From positions 163,220 through 227,219 of IMG/VR virus record IMGVR_UViG_3300045988_175328: 64,000 bases of DNA; one strand, given 5' to 3'. Positions 51,984 through 61,385 of the stretch are shown one piece after another. Origin of the DNA: a virus. Made by a program: the position numbers and the translations under genes. A model generated the notes under the pieces. It was not told where the DNA came from. It saw only the letters and a program-made list of their open reading frames with translations, and made no database searches. Numbering within the stretch: the stretch's first letter is position 1; each line of letters opens with the position of its first letter.

Positions 51984-52856
51984 ATGAATGTAGGATTTTT
52001 TATATTTGCAGATAATCATAATCGCAAAGAACGAGTTCCTGTCTATAAAGTCTGGAACTTATTAAATAAAGCATATTCTGAGGCTTCCAATAACTGTCAA
52101 GATTTAACATTAAAAGATGCATATCGTGCCATGTTTCCTATTGATAACTGGCACGATATTCTTGTATCCCAAGGAGTCATTGAAACAATTGGAAATGTAA
52201 ATGAAGATTTAGTCGGTTTCGAAATTGTAGTTGAAAGCGACAGTACTGATATTCTAAAAGAATTTGAATTGGCTATGAATCGATATTTTAATATGGCCGG
52301 ACTTAATTTAGAAATTGTTGGTCGAGCTGTTGATTACGATAAAAGAATATCGATGAGTACAGATTACCATCATGTTTATTACAAAGAAGCTTTAATTATT
52401 TCTGGCGAAATAGAAGGAAGTGACTTTTATTGTGACTATGATAATTTGGAACAGGTTCAAAGACTTTTAGTCGATTTTTTAGAATCGGATACTAGATTAA
52501 ATGAAGAAGAAATAGTTACTCATGTAGAAGCTACTGGGTATGATTTAAATGATATGGAAGGTTTAGAAAAAGCCTTCAAAGTTGCTATGAAACATTTTAA
52601 TGTTAATGGTGATTTTAAAATTGAAAAAATTAAAATTGATGAAAGGAAAAAATATACAATGAATTATAAAGCGAAATTTTTAATTGACACTTTAAGTCAA
52701 TCTATCAAAACACTAGAAATGCACGAAGAAAGAAACGGACGAGATTATCTTATTGGTTCCGTTCTTGCAAATTTATATTTGGTACGAAACGATTTTGAAG
52801 ACTATCTTCATGAGGAACATGAAGTTAATCTAATATCTGAAGAAATTCCATTTTAA
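51984..52856 (+). CDS. hypothetical protein
   Basis: 290 aa from ATG 51984 (track ORF starts at 51960). Confidence 0.65.
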   Translation: MNVGFFIFADNHNRKERVPVYKVWNLLNKAYSEASNNCQDLTLKDAYRAMFPIDNWHDILVSQGVIETIGNVNEDLVGFEIVVESDSTDILKEFELAMNRYFNMAGLNLEIVGRAVDYDKRISMSTDYHHVYYKEALIISGEIEGSDFYCDYDNLEQVQRLLVDFLESDTRLNEEEIVTHVEATGYDLNDMEGLEKAFKVAMKHFNVNGDFKIEKIKIDERKKYTMNYKAKFLIDTLSQSIKTLEMHEERNGRDYLIGSVLANLYLVRNDFEDYLHEEHEVNLISEEIPF

Positions 52857-52868
52857 GGGAAATTTATT

Positions 52869-53309
52869 ATGGCTACAGCATCAAGAATTGCAAAATATAT
52901 AGTTAAAGAGGCATTAAAAAGAAAAATGCCAGTTACTAATTTAAAATTACAAAAATTATTATATTTTGTTCAAGGCGTCCATTTGTTTATGCATGAAAAA
53001 GTCGCATTCCTAGATGAAATTATTGCTTGGCAATATGGACCTGTAGTAAAAGATGTTTACTATGAATATTCTATTTATGGAGCAAATGACATTATTCCAA
53101 TCGATAAGAATGAAAAAATAATTTTATCTATGCGATTAAAGAAACTTGTAAGTTTCGTATTAGATGATTTGTTAAGATATTCAGATATTGCATTAGTCAA
53201 AGAAACAAAAAAGGAAGGCTCTCCATGGAGCCAAGTATCTTTAAATGAAGTAATCGACGAAAAAGATATATATGAATATTTCTTAAAGAACTATATACAT
53301 TTTAAATAA
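52869..53309 (+). CDS. Panacea/DUF4065 (SocA/GepA-like) antitoxin-type domain protein
   Basis: 146 aa; TNLKLQKLLYFVQGVHLFMHEKVAFLDEIIAWQYGPVVKDVYYEY matches the KLqKLlYfaq...f.AW.yGPV..~vY signature. Confidence 0.75.
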   Translation: MATASRIAKYIVKEALKRKMPVTNLKLQKLLYFVQGVHLFMHEKVAFLDEIIAWQYGPVVKDVYYEYSIYGANDIIPIDKNEKIILSMRLKKLVSFVLDDLLRYSDIALVKETKKEGSPWSQVSLNEVIDEKDIYEYFLKNYIHFK

Positions 53310-53334
53310 TAATTAATTAAATGAGGGAACAACT

Positions 53335-53658
53335 ATGAGAATGATTAAAATGAAAAAAGAAGTTTTTGAAGCTAAAAAAAGATGTCTTATCACTAAAACT
53401 ATTATCCTAACAAGCGTTTTCTGGCTTTTAATTACACTTACATTTGAATTTTTAAATACTCCAAAATATCATGAGGCATATAAGATTCATACCATTCAAA
53501 ACAATGAAACTGTTTGGGATGTCGCCGATAAATATAGTCATAATTTAGTCGACAAACGAATCTTAGTTAACGAAATCATTCAAGATAATGATCTCGGAAA
53601 AGATGCGATTACGTATAATGGTATGAAACTAATTGTTCGTGAACGTATCTCTAAATAG
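53335..53658 (+). CDS. membrane-anchored LysM-like protein
   Basis: 107 aa; N-terminal TM helix, then YKIHTIQNNETVWDVADKYS...NGMKLIV LysM-like segment. Confidence 0.5.
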   Translation: MRMIKMKKEVFEAKKRCLITKTIILTSVFWLLITLTFEFLNTPKYHEAYKIHTIQNNETVWDVADKYSHNLVDKRILVNEIIQDNDLGKDAITYNGMKLIVRERISK

Positions 53659-53668
53659 AGGTGATATT

Positions 53669-53944
53669 ATGATTATCGAAACAGAAACTAATTTAATTGT
53701 GCCGCCAGGCGAAACAATTAAAGAACAAATGAAGCAAAAGAATATTTCTTTAAAAGAATTAGCTAAAGCTATTGATGAAGATGAAGAACGAACTCAAGAA
53801 TTACTTGAAGGTGATATTCGCATGCAGCGAAAACATATGGAAGGACTAGAGCAAATTCTAGGAATACCATTTAGATTTTGGCGCAATCTTGAAGACAACT
53901 ATCGTAACGAACTAGATGAATGGGAAGATGAGGCCTGGTCATGA
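53669..53944 (+). CDS. HigA/VapI-like XRE-family HTH protein
   Basis: 91 aa from ATG 53669 (GAGGTG RBS); PPGETIKEQMKQKNISLKELAKAI...ILGIPFRFWRNLEDNY. Confidence 0.65.
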   Translation: MIIETETNLIVPPGETIKEQMKQKNISLKELAKAIDEDEERTQELLEGDIRMQRKHMEGLEQILGIPFRFWRNLEDNYRNELDEWEDEAWS

Positions 53945-54396
53945 GTCTTGAAGAAGAATTAAATGCATACAAACTAGATCTTTTAGAGAATACTAAATAC
54001 TTCACGATAGAAGAATTAGCTGATTTGTATGAGAATGGTCAGCTAGATGTCCACTACAATGCAGACAAAACTGAACATTGGACTAATAAAAAACAAGATA
54101 AATTAATTAAAAATATTCTCTTAGGATTTCCGATTCCTACAATCTTCTTACAAGAGAAAGATGGAGAATATCTTGTTATAGATGGGTATAATAGACTTTT
54201 TACTATTTTAAGATTTTTGAATGTAATCGTAGCATGGAATGCACATGTATATAGATTCCCATACAAAGTTGAAATGTATCATCCAAAATTGCCATCTTTT
54301 AAAGAGACAACTTGGGATAATGGCGGCAAAAGACTTTCGAAAAAATTAAAAGAAAAGTTTTTAAATTATCGAATACCAGTATATTTTATAAAATAA
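53941..54396 (+). CDS. short DUF262-like (ParB/Srx-fold) protein without a nuclease domain
   Basis: 151 aa, ATGA overlap with HTH gene; KQDKLIKNILLGFPIPTIFLQEKDGEYLVIDGYNRLFTILRFL resembles the DUF262 DGQQR core. Confidence 0.5.
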   Translation: MSLEEELNAYKLDLLENTKYFTIEELADLYENGQLDVHYNADKTEHWTNKKQDKLIKNILLGFPIPTIFLQEKDGEYLVIDGYNRLFTILRFLNVIVAWNAHVYRFPYKVEMYHPKLPSFKETTWDNGGKRLSKKLKEKFLNYRIPVYFIK

Positions 54397-54423
54397 TTTT
54401 TGTTATTTTTCATTTATTTACTC

Positions 54424-54452
54424 TTGTATTTTTTGTAATATAGGAGTATAAT
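54424..54452 (+). promoter_or_regulatory. candidate sigma-A promoter at the start of the ORF-free region
   Basis: TTGTAT (54424-29), 17-nt spacer, TATAAT (54447-52). Confidence 0.55.
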
Positions 54453-54459
54453 ATTTGTT

Positions 54460-55733
54460 GAATAAATATTGTTTGTAGTTTTATATTATTTTTTTAATTT
54501 TTAGATGTCCCATACGTCTTAAAATCATATTTTATATAATAAAAGACAGTAGTTTAACTATTGTTTCTGTGATTTACAATGAAGAAATACCCCTATGTTT
54601 CTTCTCAATGCAAAACTACAATCCCATCTAAGTTAGGTTAGGATAACGTGACCTAACAGTTCGCTCCAAAATCCTTACACCAGGATGGCTTAGTCTCTAC
54701 AAGAGCTTGCGACTCTTGAATAGTGGACAGGCATGGGAGGGTGTCCTTGTACTTTAATTTTAATTTGTTTTTAGTATTTTAATACTGATTATGTAACAAA
54801 AACGATTTTTATAACAAAAAAACGAATCATTAACACTTTAAAGTACATGTAGGCTATATGTAAGACCTAAAGGGAATACCTGGCTACCTTCTGTAACCGT
54901 ATCTGAAAGCCGGAGAAAGCATTGCTACGGATTCGTCATGTAGTAGCGTTTGCAGTCCTTACCTGGACTTTAAATAGCGGGTGTTGCGAGCCCATGTAAG
55001 CGAAATCAGCAAAGGTACCCGTACTTAGTCTTCCTGAGTACGGATCCTACAAACGGGATGAAGGAACTACTGAATCCCTTATAGTATTACACTGTAATGG
55101 TAATTAGTAAGGTAAACATAAGAAATAGTGTCTCGCAAGCATGAGTTACCGAACGTTGCATTAATATAGCTATATTAGCTGTGAATTGGATCTTTCGCCA
55201 CAGTTTACACTGTAAATGTAGATCTGGAGCTAATATATAGGCGGCCTGTGTTAATGAGTAGTAGCTATGATTAAATGAGTTCGGGGGTATCAACTGGACG
55301 AGCTAATGAAGACGTAAGTCTTTGTTAGTATGTTGAGGTTGGCTTCCGTATGGACGATATCGGAGCCGGATTCCGTTCGATAGGCAAGGTGCGAGAGATC
55401 GTGAACCCTACCTAGCATGTAGAAGTAGAACCTAGACGCATGGTAAGAACGGTTATTATTTTTCTAGCTGTTGTATCTGAATATGTCGTAAGACATTGGA
55501 AGGATATATGCAAAAGCAGTACAGTTGTTAAATAAAACTGGAAGTAGAGATCTAATAAAGTATAGGAAGACGCCTTAGGGCAAAACTTAATTTTTTAATC
55601 CAGTAGGATTAGTCTGCCCAAAAGGAGTTAACTTACCCCCGTACGAAGAATATAAGCTGTTATCTTAAGATAGCTGGCGTAAACTGATTAGATCGGTTTG
55701 TCAGAACTGTCTTAGGATAACAGCTATTTTTTT
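54460..55733 (+). ncRNA. candidate large structured non-coding RNA (one or two transcripts; 5' end uncertain)
   Basis: no + strand ORF of 60 aa or more between 54397 and 55979; many hairpins incl. GNRA loops at 55309-22 (GTAA), 55392-401 (GAGA), 55483-96 (GTAA); terminator at 3' end. Confidence 0.55.
55655..55733 (+). terminator. long-stem intrinsic terminator closing the ORF-free region
   Basis: agctgttatcttaaga (55655-70) pairs with tcttaggataacagct (55710-25), then T7. Confidence 0.7.
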
Positions 55734-55979
55734 ATACTGAAATTGATACTGTAGAACTGATACTTATTATCTGACTTAACTCTAATGGTAACTGCGTCCT
55801 ATTTATATTTAATAAGGCTTTAGATAGGGGGCGTGAAAATAGAGCTGAATCTTTATCAAAAGCAGAGTAATCTCTGCGCGTTGATAATCAGTTAGTATCG
55901 GTAATACAGAATTAAGATAGAATTAGTGCTATGTTTGTAGCTTCGGTAATTTGCAGATACAGAAAGGACAGGACGAGAA

Positions 55980-56414
55980 TTGAGTAAGGCTAAAGAACAA
56001 GAATTAGAACGAGTAATTACAGAGTTATTAGAATGTTATGATTTCGAGGCTAATACCGATCTATTGATTCGAGCCATGAATACAGAATTAGTAGGATTAT
56101 ATGATGATAATGGTGACTCTTTTACTATCGGCAATCTTACAAGAGGTGCTATGCGAGTACTGTTATCTAACTGGGACAAATGGAGAATTACAGAAGAACA
56201 GCCTGAAATTGTAGGGATGTTTGTCATATCAGTTATTAAGAACTATATCGGAATGAGAGCATATGATCCTAGAGCGGCCGAACGAATCAACTTATACATG
56301 CAAATGTTTCTAGCAGAAGATGAAGCAGATGTTTATCAATTACACTTAGATTTCATACTAGGAGTAGACGATTGCGACTGTGAGGAACTAGACGAAGTAG
56401 AGGTGTTACATTAA
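55980..56414 (+). CDS. hypothetical protein, paralogue of next gene
   Basis: 144-aa ORF, TTG start, weak RBS; FTIGNLTRGAMRVL...GMFVISV aligns with LTLGNLIEGALKLA...GMYFLGV. Confidence 0.55.
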   Translation: MSKAKEQELERVITELLECYDFEANTDLLIRAMNTELVGLYDDNGDSFTIGNLTRGAMRVLLSNWDKWRITEEQPEIVGMFVISVIKNYIGMRAYDPRAAERINLYMQMFLAEDEADVYQLHLDFILGVDDCDCEELDEVEVLH

Positions 56415-56491
56415 GATATCATGGCTGCCTCTAGTTCTGAAAGGGAGGAGTCTGCCCAAAATTAAGTATTATTAAAATAGGAGTATTTAAA

Positions 56492-56944
56492 ATGAGTGCC
56501 GATAAAGAGTTAAATATACTCAAGCTAATAAAAGATATCAGTAAAAATGATTTTAGTATTTTACAAGATAAAGATAAAATGGCTCGTTATATGAAAATAA
56601 AATTGCTTGATACAGATGAAGGTGAATCACTTACGCTTGGCAATTTAATAGAAGGAGCCTTAAAACTTGCAAAACGAGATCATAATATCCATCGTCTTAT
56701 GAAACAAGATATGAAAACAGCTGGAATGTATTTTTTAGGTGTCCTTAGCGTTCATGCTAAATTGTATGTTAAAAGAGATCCAGAAACAGATGAAAGATTC
56801 TTCTCTTATATTCATGCATATAAAGCTAAGACTAATGAAGAAATTGATTTCATGAGAGATAATTTTATATTAGGACAAATTAGTGATATTAGTGATGATG
56901 AAATTTTAAATAGAGATGAAATTTTTAATTTAATCAATAGCTAA
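56492..56944 (+). CDS. hypothetical protein, paralogue of previous gene
   Basis: 150-aa ORF, TAGGAG RBS. Confidence 0.7.
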   Translation: MSADKELNILKLIKDISKNDFSILQDKDKMARYMKIKLLDTDEGESLTLGNLIEGALKLAKRDHNIHRLMKQDMKTAGMYFLGVLSVHAKLYVKRDPETDERFFSYIHAYKAKTNEEIDFMRDNFILGQISDISDDEILNRDEIFNLINS

Positions 56945-57020
56945 TATTAAATCTTAGTTCTCGATAATTAAAGCTAATTGTGATATAATAGGATCAGATT
57001 CTTAAAGAAAGGAGGTCAGT

Positions 57021-57617
57021 ATGAATAGGAAATTTAGAGTGCCATTTAACCCTAAGAAGTTATTACGGGAGCTTCAACAAGAGCGACAACGAACTATTGA
57101 AGCAGCGCGGATTAAGATTACGATTCCTGAAGAAAAACCGAAGGTCGTCGATATTGAGCCTAAGGTTACTGTCTTTGATGAAGAAATGAAACAGACTTCT
57201 CAAGTAGCTGATGACAAGCTTAAGAAGATTAGCTGTCCAGAGCATAACGAGAAATACACTAAAGAAGAGCTTATCGAAATGTTAGTTCGCGGCAAGGAAG
57301 CTTTAGTATATATTCACAACAATTATAATAATTGGGGCGAAATCGTTAACGAATCTGATCAAGCCATTGGCGATATTAGACATTATGTCGAGCTTAATTA
57401 TCCAGAAGATGCTGAGTCGCAACAATTAGTCTGTGAGTTAATACGAGATTATTCAAAGCGCCGCCGCATGTATAAAGACATGCAATGCATCTTTGAATCA
57501 GTTCTCGATATCAACAAGGATATCTATGAGAAGATTAACAAAGTTAAAACAGTATCTTTTAGACAAGAATCTGGACGAGTCTATCGTCCACGAGTATTAA
57601 GCGAGCTCTTTGAATGA
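57021..57617 (+). CDS. hypothetical protein
   Basis: 198-aa ORF, AAAGGAGG RBS. Confidence 0.75.
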   Translation: MNRKFRVPFNPKKLLRELQQERQRTIEAARIKITIPEEKPKVVDIEPKVTVFDEEMKQTSQVADDKLKKISCPEHNEKYTKEELIEMLVRGKEALVYIHNNYNNWGEIVNESDQAIGDIRHYVELNYPEDAESQQLVCELIRDYSKRRRMYKDMQCIFESVLDINKDIYEKINKVKTVSFRQESGRVYRPRVLSELFE

Positions 57618-57825
57618 GGTGATGGTTGTGAGCTTACTAAAAAGAAATGATTCTGATACTGTCGTCGATTATGTAAAAGAAGATAATCAGCGGCGCATGT
57701 GTCAGAAAGCCGGAGTTGTCTTCGGATCGGTACTTAATGTGTCGATTATCACAGGGAAAGCGTTTCTTAAGGCTGCCGGAGAAGAGCTTAAGAAACTTCC
57801 TTATGAACTATCCAAGATCCGGTAA
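57610..57825 (+). CDS. hypothetical small protein (start uncertain)
   Basis: 71-aa ORF overlapping previous stop; alternative GTG start after GAGGTGA. Confidence 0.5.
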   Translation: MNEVMVVSLLKRNDSDTVVDYVKEDNQRRMCQKAGVVFGSVLNVSIITGKAFLKAAGEELKKLPYELSKIR

Positions 57826-57867
57826 TATTAGAGCAGTAAATTTGTTCTAATAAAGGAAATTAGTATT

Positions 57868-58197
57868 ATGTTTGAACATGCTACGATTATAAAACTCGAT
57901 GGCGCGATTCAAATACGTCCGAATGATAAGACAGAAGAACTTAATCTGTATATCGAGACGCTATTTAATTTAGTTCGCCGAAAGAAAGGCGCTGCACAAG
58001 GCCCGTTCTTACAGAATAATTTAATTAAACTATTCTGGCACGGCAATGCGATTGAAGCTTATATCGGCGAAACTCATATCGAAGTTTTTAAAAATCTAAT
58101 CAAACTCTATGTCGACGTCGAATCGAAAGACCATCGCCATATTGTTAACACATTTAAATCAGTGTTTGTATTCTTAAAGAACGCACTGATTAGTTAA
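57868..58197 (+). CDS. hypothetical protein
   Basis: 109-aa ORF, AAAGGA RBS. Confidence 0.7.
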   Translation: MFEHATIIKLDGAIQIRPNDKTEELNLYIETLFNLVRRKKGAAQGPFLQNNLIKLFWHGNAIEAYIGETHIEVFKNLIKLYVDVESKDHRHIVNTFKSVFVFLKNALIS

Positions 58198-58203
58198 AGG
58201 TAA

Positions 58204-58228
58204 GCTCCGGGTAATACCGGGGCTTTTT
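58204..58228 (+). terminator. intrinsic terminator
   Basis: gctccgg-gtaata-ccggggc then T5. Confidence 0.65.
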
Positions 58229-58246
58229 CTATTTCTGGAGGTCTGA

Positions 58247-58360
58247 ATGCGAGAAATAAAAATTCGTTTAAATCCCACTAGAATGATTCTTTTAGACATT
58301 CTGATTGCGGTCGGATGGTTTGTCGTAGGATATTATACTGCTAAAGCGGGGTTATTATAA
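58247..58360 (+). CDS. 37-aa hydrophobic peptide (below ORF-track cutoff)
   Basis: GGAGG RBS; MREIKIRLNPTRMILLDILIAVGWFVVGYYTAKAGLL; stop overlaps next ATG (TAATG). Confidence 0.5.
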   Translation: MREIKIRLNPTRMILLDILIAVGWFVVGYYTAKAGLL

Positions 58361-58812
58361 TGGAACTTGTGTATCAAATAACTACATCAGGATTATTGTT
58401 TGCCTTAGTGTTTGTTGTAGCTTATTCTATTAAAACTTTTTACGAGCTATTCCAAGAGAATACTAAATTACGCAAAATTATTGATCGTCAGAACGCTGCC
58501 GTTAATGCTTTTTCACTCGTTAAAGCTAGAGAACGATATGAATCAATTTATGGTCCGACTAATTATACTAATATTATCCATCTAGCATCAGAATACAAAC
58601 ATGGTTTTAAAATCCCAGAAGAAATGCAAGCTTTAGCTTGGCAAATTAAAACAGGATTTTTATATACGACATATGTATTTGAAGACGATGAATATAAAAT
58701 TAAGATGTATTTTTTAACAGATGTCGAAGACTATAAAAATACAGATTTCTATCGTGAATATGAAGCATTAACAGCTTCTGTTGTTATCGGTAAGAACATT
58801 GAAAAAGATTAA
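58360..58812 (+). CDS. hypothetical protein with N-terminal TM helix
   Basis: 150-aa ORF. Confidence 0.7.
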   Translation: MELVYQITTSGLLFALVFVVAYSIKTFYELFQENTKLRKIIDRQNAAVNAFSLVKARERYESIYGPTNYTNIIHLASEYKHGFKIPEEMQALAWQIKTGFLYTTYVFEDDEYKIKMYFLTDVEDYKNTDFYREYEALTASVVIGKNIEKD

Positions 58813-59272
58813 TCTTTACTGGGTCGGTAATATTACAGTATTAAAATTCCTCGGGGAATTTGATTCGAGCAAGAAAGCACTTGCTAGTATTGATGATTAT
58901 CTCGATAATTGTTTAAATAGCCGCTTTCATGCGAACAGATTGTATCGATTTATCGGTGATGAATCAGATGGAGAAATTACGATAGATTACGGTCCATATA
59001 CTTGTTTCTATCATATGTTCTTCAACGAAGATAGACCGAAACGATACTGGATCCAAGCATCTCATAATCCTCATACCGATACATTTATTTTACGATGTAT
59101 TTATCTCGATGATCAATTCAAGTATTTTTACGACGGAAATAAAAATTGTATCACTATCGAAGGTTTTAAGATATACTATGATCGAGAGTATTCAATTAAA
59201 TTTTATAATAAATTAATTAATCATCTCGAAAGGTATTATCAAAAATACTGGCCTGAATTTGCTAAAAAGTAG
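58781..59272 (+). CDS. hypothetical protein (TTG start, uncertain)
   Basis: 163-aa ORF overlapping previous gene by 32 nt; no early ATG. Confidence 0.55.
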   Translation: MLSVRTLKKINLYWVGNITVLKFLGEFDSSKKALASIDDYLDNCLNSRFHANRLYRFIGDESDGEITIDYGPYTCFYHMFFNEDRPKRYWIQASHNPHTDTFILRCIYLDDQFKYFYDGNKNCITIEGFKIYYDREYSIKFYNKLINHLERYYQKYWPEFAKK

Positions 59273-59376
59273 ATTTTAAGGTATAATCTAATTGTAACGA
59301 AATATTTAGTTTAAAGAGTATAGGCAAGCTTTTGAACTAACAGAGTATAATCTAATCCCGAAAGGAGTATTCTACT

Positions 59377-59703
59377 ATGTTTACTAAAATTGTTTCTGCA
59401 TTAAGTCTTTCTGTCCTGTGCCTTCTTGGCACAGTTACTACAGCACACGCATCACAAATCATGAATGTAAGTGCTTATGTTGCGACTGGTAATCCAATGG
59501 CTAACGGCGAATATCCTTATGAAGGCGCTGTAGCCAGTGATGATTTGCCATTCGGAACGCGGCTACTTATCGCTGGACGAGAATATGTCGTTAAGGACCG
59601 TTTTGGCGGCGGTTACACCGATAGAATTGATATCTTCATGGATTCCTATGATGATGCAATTAATTTCGGACGCCAATATTTACCTGTCGAAATTATTAGT
59701 TAG
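59377..59703 (+). CDS. secreted 3D-domain (MltA/RlpA-like barrel) cell-wall protein
   Basis: 108 aa; signal peptide ...TTAHA, then VSAYVATGNPMANGEYPYEGAVASDDLPFGTRLLIAGREYVVKDRFGGGYTDRIDIFM typical of 3D domains. Confidence 0.8.
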   Translation: MFTKIVSALSLSVLCLLGTVTTAHASQIMNVSAYVATGNPMANGEYPYEGAVASDDLPFGTRLLIAGREYVVKDRFGGGYTDRIDIFMDSYDDAINFGRQYLPVEIIS

Positions 59704-59726
59704 AATAAAGGAGGCCTGAGATCCAA

Positions 59727-60146
59727 TTGGATCACCTCGAGGATTTTAAAACAAAATTATCATTTGGCTCGCTAATATTAGCAGTCATATCTCCATTAAC
59801 AGTATTCGGACATATCGATTACTTAATTGGATTTGCAATTGTGGCTTCATTAATGCTACCATTGTTTTTAATAGTAGCTTTTATGCTAACACTATTAATC
59901 TATATCGTTCTTCGGAAACAAGATATTGATCCTGAGAAGAAACGATATGTGCTTTACAAGCCAGTTATCCTGGCTATTGTTTCAGGAATAGGTTTAATCG
60001 TTAATTTTATAATGGCACTACGAATTTACGAGCCAGCAATCGATATTTATATCATGATGGCGATTGTCGTATATTCTATCTGCTTTAATATTGTTAATAG
60101 TATTAGCCTATTTCGATCTATTGTTAAAGTCTCGTTTAGAGAATAA
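59727..60146 (+). CDS. polytopic membrane protein
   Basis: 139-aa ORF, TTG start; four hydrophobic segments. Confidence 0.55.
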   Translation: MDHLEDFKTKLSFGSLILAVISPLTVFGHIDYLIGFAIVASLMLPLFLIVAFMLTLLIYIVLRKQDIDPEKKRYVLYKPVILAIVSGIGLIVNFIMALRIYEPAIDIYIMMAIVVYSICFNIVNSISLFRSIVKVSFRE

Positions 60147-60151
60147 TTAAA

Positions 60152-60526
60152 ATGGATTACGACATATACTTTAAGAGGCCGACTTCATCTAAAAAAGAGA
60201 TGAGAGTTTCAGTGCCTCATACGTTACAGGAACCAAAGTTTTCCGATAAATGGAAAGCTTTTTGTGAGGGCCGCAAACTAGAATTTTTAAATTATCTTGA
60301 ACTCGAAGAATTGTATCGTTACGTTACATTCCATGGAGTAAGAATTACACTTATCGGGCTCGATATACTACTTCTTGATCACAAGAAATTTACGTTAATC
60401 GATGCCTACAAATTCCTATCAGAATATTTTAAGATTGATGAGTATCAGCCCGGTAAGATTTACGAAGATGATTACATTAAAAACGATAGTTGCGGAAAGG
60501 GGTGCAATCGATGCAAACCGATGTGA
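60152..60526 (+). CDS. hypothetical protein
   Basis: 124-aa ORF. Confidence 0.65.
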   Translation: MDYDIYFKRPTSSKKEMRVSVPHTLQEPKFSDKWKAFCEGRKLEFLNYLELEELYRYVTFHGVRITLIGLDILLLDHKKFTLIDAYKFLSEYFKIDEYQPGKIYEDDYIKNDSCGKGCNRCKPM

Positions 60527-60900
60527 TGTACAACAACATACTCACAACTCACAACATCATCGTTAAGCTGAATAATTCAGGTTATGATTACGATGAAAAA
60601 ACAATCGATCTCTTAAAAGAGATTATCCTTCTTCATGTGATGAGTTATACTAGTTATAGTATTATTAACAGAGATAGCCCACTTGAAGAAGAATCGAGTA
60701 GTTTGATTGCTACGATGAAACAGATTATCGATAAGGAGTATAATAAACCCGTGTTCGATAAAGATATGTTAGATCGTATTATGAAAGGACTGCAGGCTCG
60801 TGTTAAATATTTAAATAATCACGGCCAAGATATCGAGATATTTAATGAACCTATGGTGCCTGGCATCGAGTCTATTAAATATTTGAAACATATGTTATAA
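60511..60900 (+). CDS. hypothetical protein
   Basis: 129 aa from ATG 60511 after AAAGGGG (track ORF starts at TTG 60490). Confidence 0.65.
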   Translation: MQTDVMYNNILTTHNIIVKLNNSGYDYDEKTIDLLKEIILLHVMSYTSYSIINRDSPLEEESSSLIATMKQIIDKEYNKPVFDKDMLDRIMKGLQARVKYLNNHGQDIEIFNEPMVPGIESIKYLKHML

Positions 60901-60902
60901 TA

Positions 60903-60936
60903 AAACCGCCCCGATAACGGGCGGTTTATTTTTTTT
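60903..60936 (+). terminator. intrinsic terminator
   Basis: aaaccgccc-cgataac-gggcggttt then T8. Confidence 0.9.
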
Positions 60937-60949
60937 GAAAGGATTCATA

Positions 60950-61375
60950 ATGAAACATGTACAAATAATGTTGAAACCTATCTATGGAGACTATGAATTT
61001 AAGTGCGAATATAATGAATCTAATCAATATGGATGGTATGTAGAACAAGTTTTAACGAGTCCTTTTGCTGCCGGATTTAAATCTAAAGATAAAGATAAAC
61101 GATCTTCTTGGATTGAAATTAAAAACAATAAGGTTTTAGTTTATGATTCTGCTATGGCAAAGCATCCAATTTCGATATCACATGGCGATTATATTTCGCC
61201 CGATATCATTCATTTAATTCGAAATGCATTATCGGTAGAGAATATTGAAATTGAAAAGTATGCTTACAAAAAGTTTGTAGCTTACAACAAGCAAGAATAT
61301 GACTTTCTTCAAGAGAAAGAATTAAAAGCTAAAATCAATTGGGAATGGCAAAAGAAAGCTGTTATTATGTTATGA
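60950..61375 (+). CDS. hypothetical protein
   Basis: 141 aa from ATG 60950 after AAAGGA. Confidence 0.7.
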   Translation: MKHVQIMLKPIYGDYEFKCEYNESNQYGWYVEQVLTSPFAAGFKSKDKDKRSSWIEIKNNKVLVYDSAMAKHPISISHGDYISPDIIHLIRNALSVENIEIEKYAYKKFVAYNKQEYDFLQEKELKAKINWEWQKKAVIML

Positions 61376-61385
61376 GGTGAGAAAT

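Noticed and set aside
55087-55293. Minus-strand ORF of 68 aa in the large ORF-free region
   Set aside because: It has no RBS. It is antisense to a region whose GNRA loops and terminator indicate + strand RNA, and its length is close to chance expectation.
54397-55979. ORF-less group II or group I intron as the explanation for the large non-coding region
   Set aside because: I found no GUGYG 5' end, no domain V-like 34-mer and no P/Q/R/S elements. The flanking ORFs do not join into a longer frame. The DUF262-like ORF is short, but the downstream ORF has its own paralogue with an independent start.
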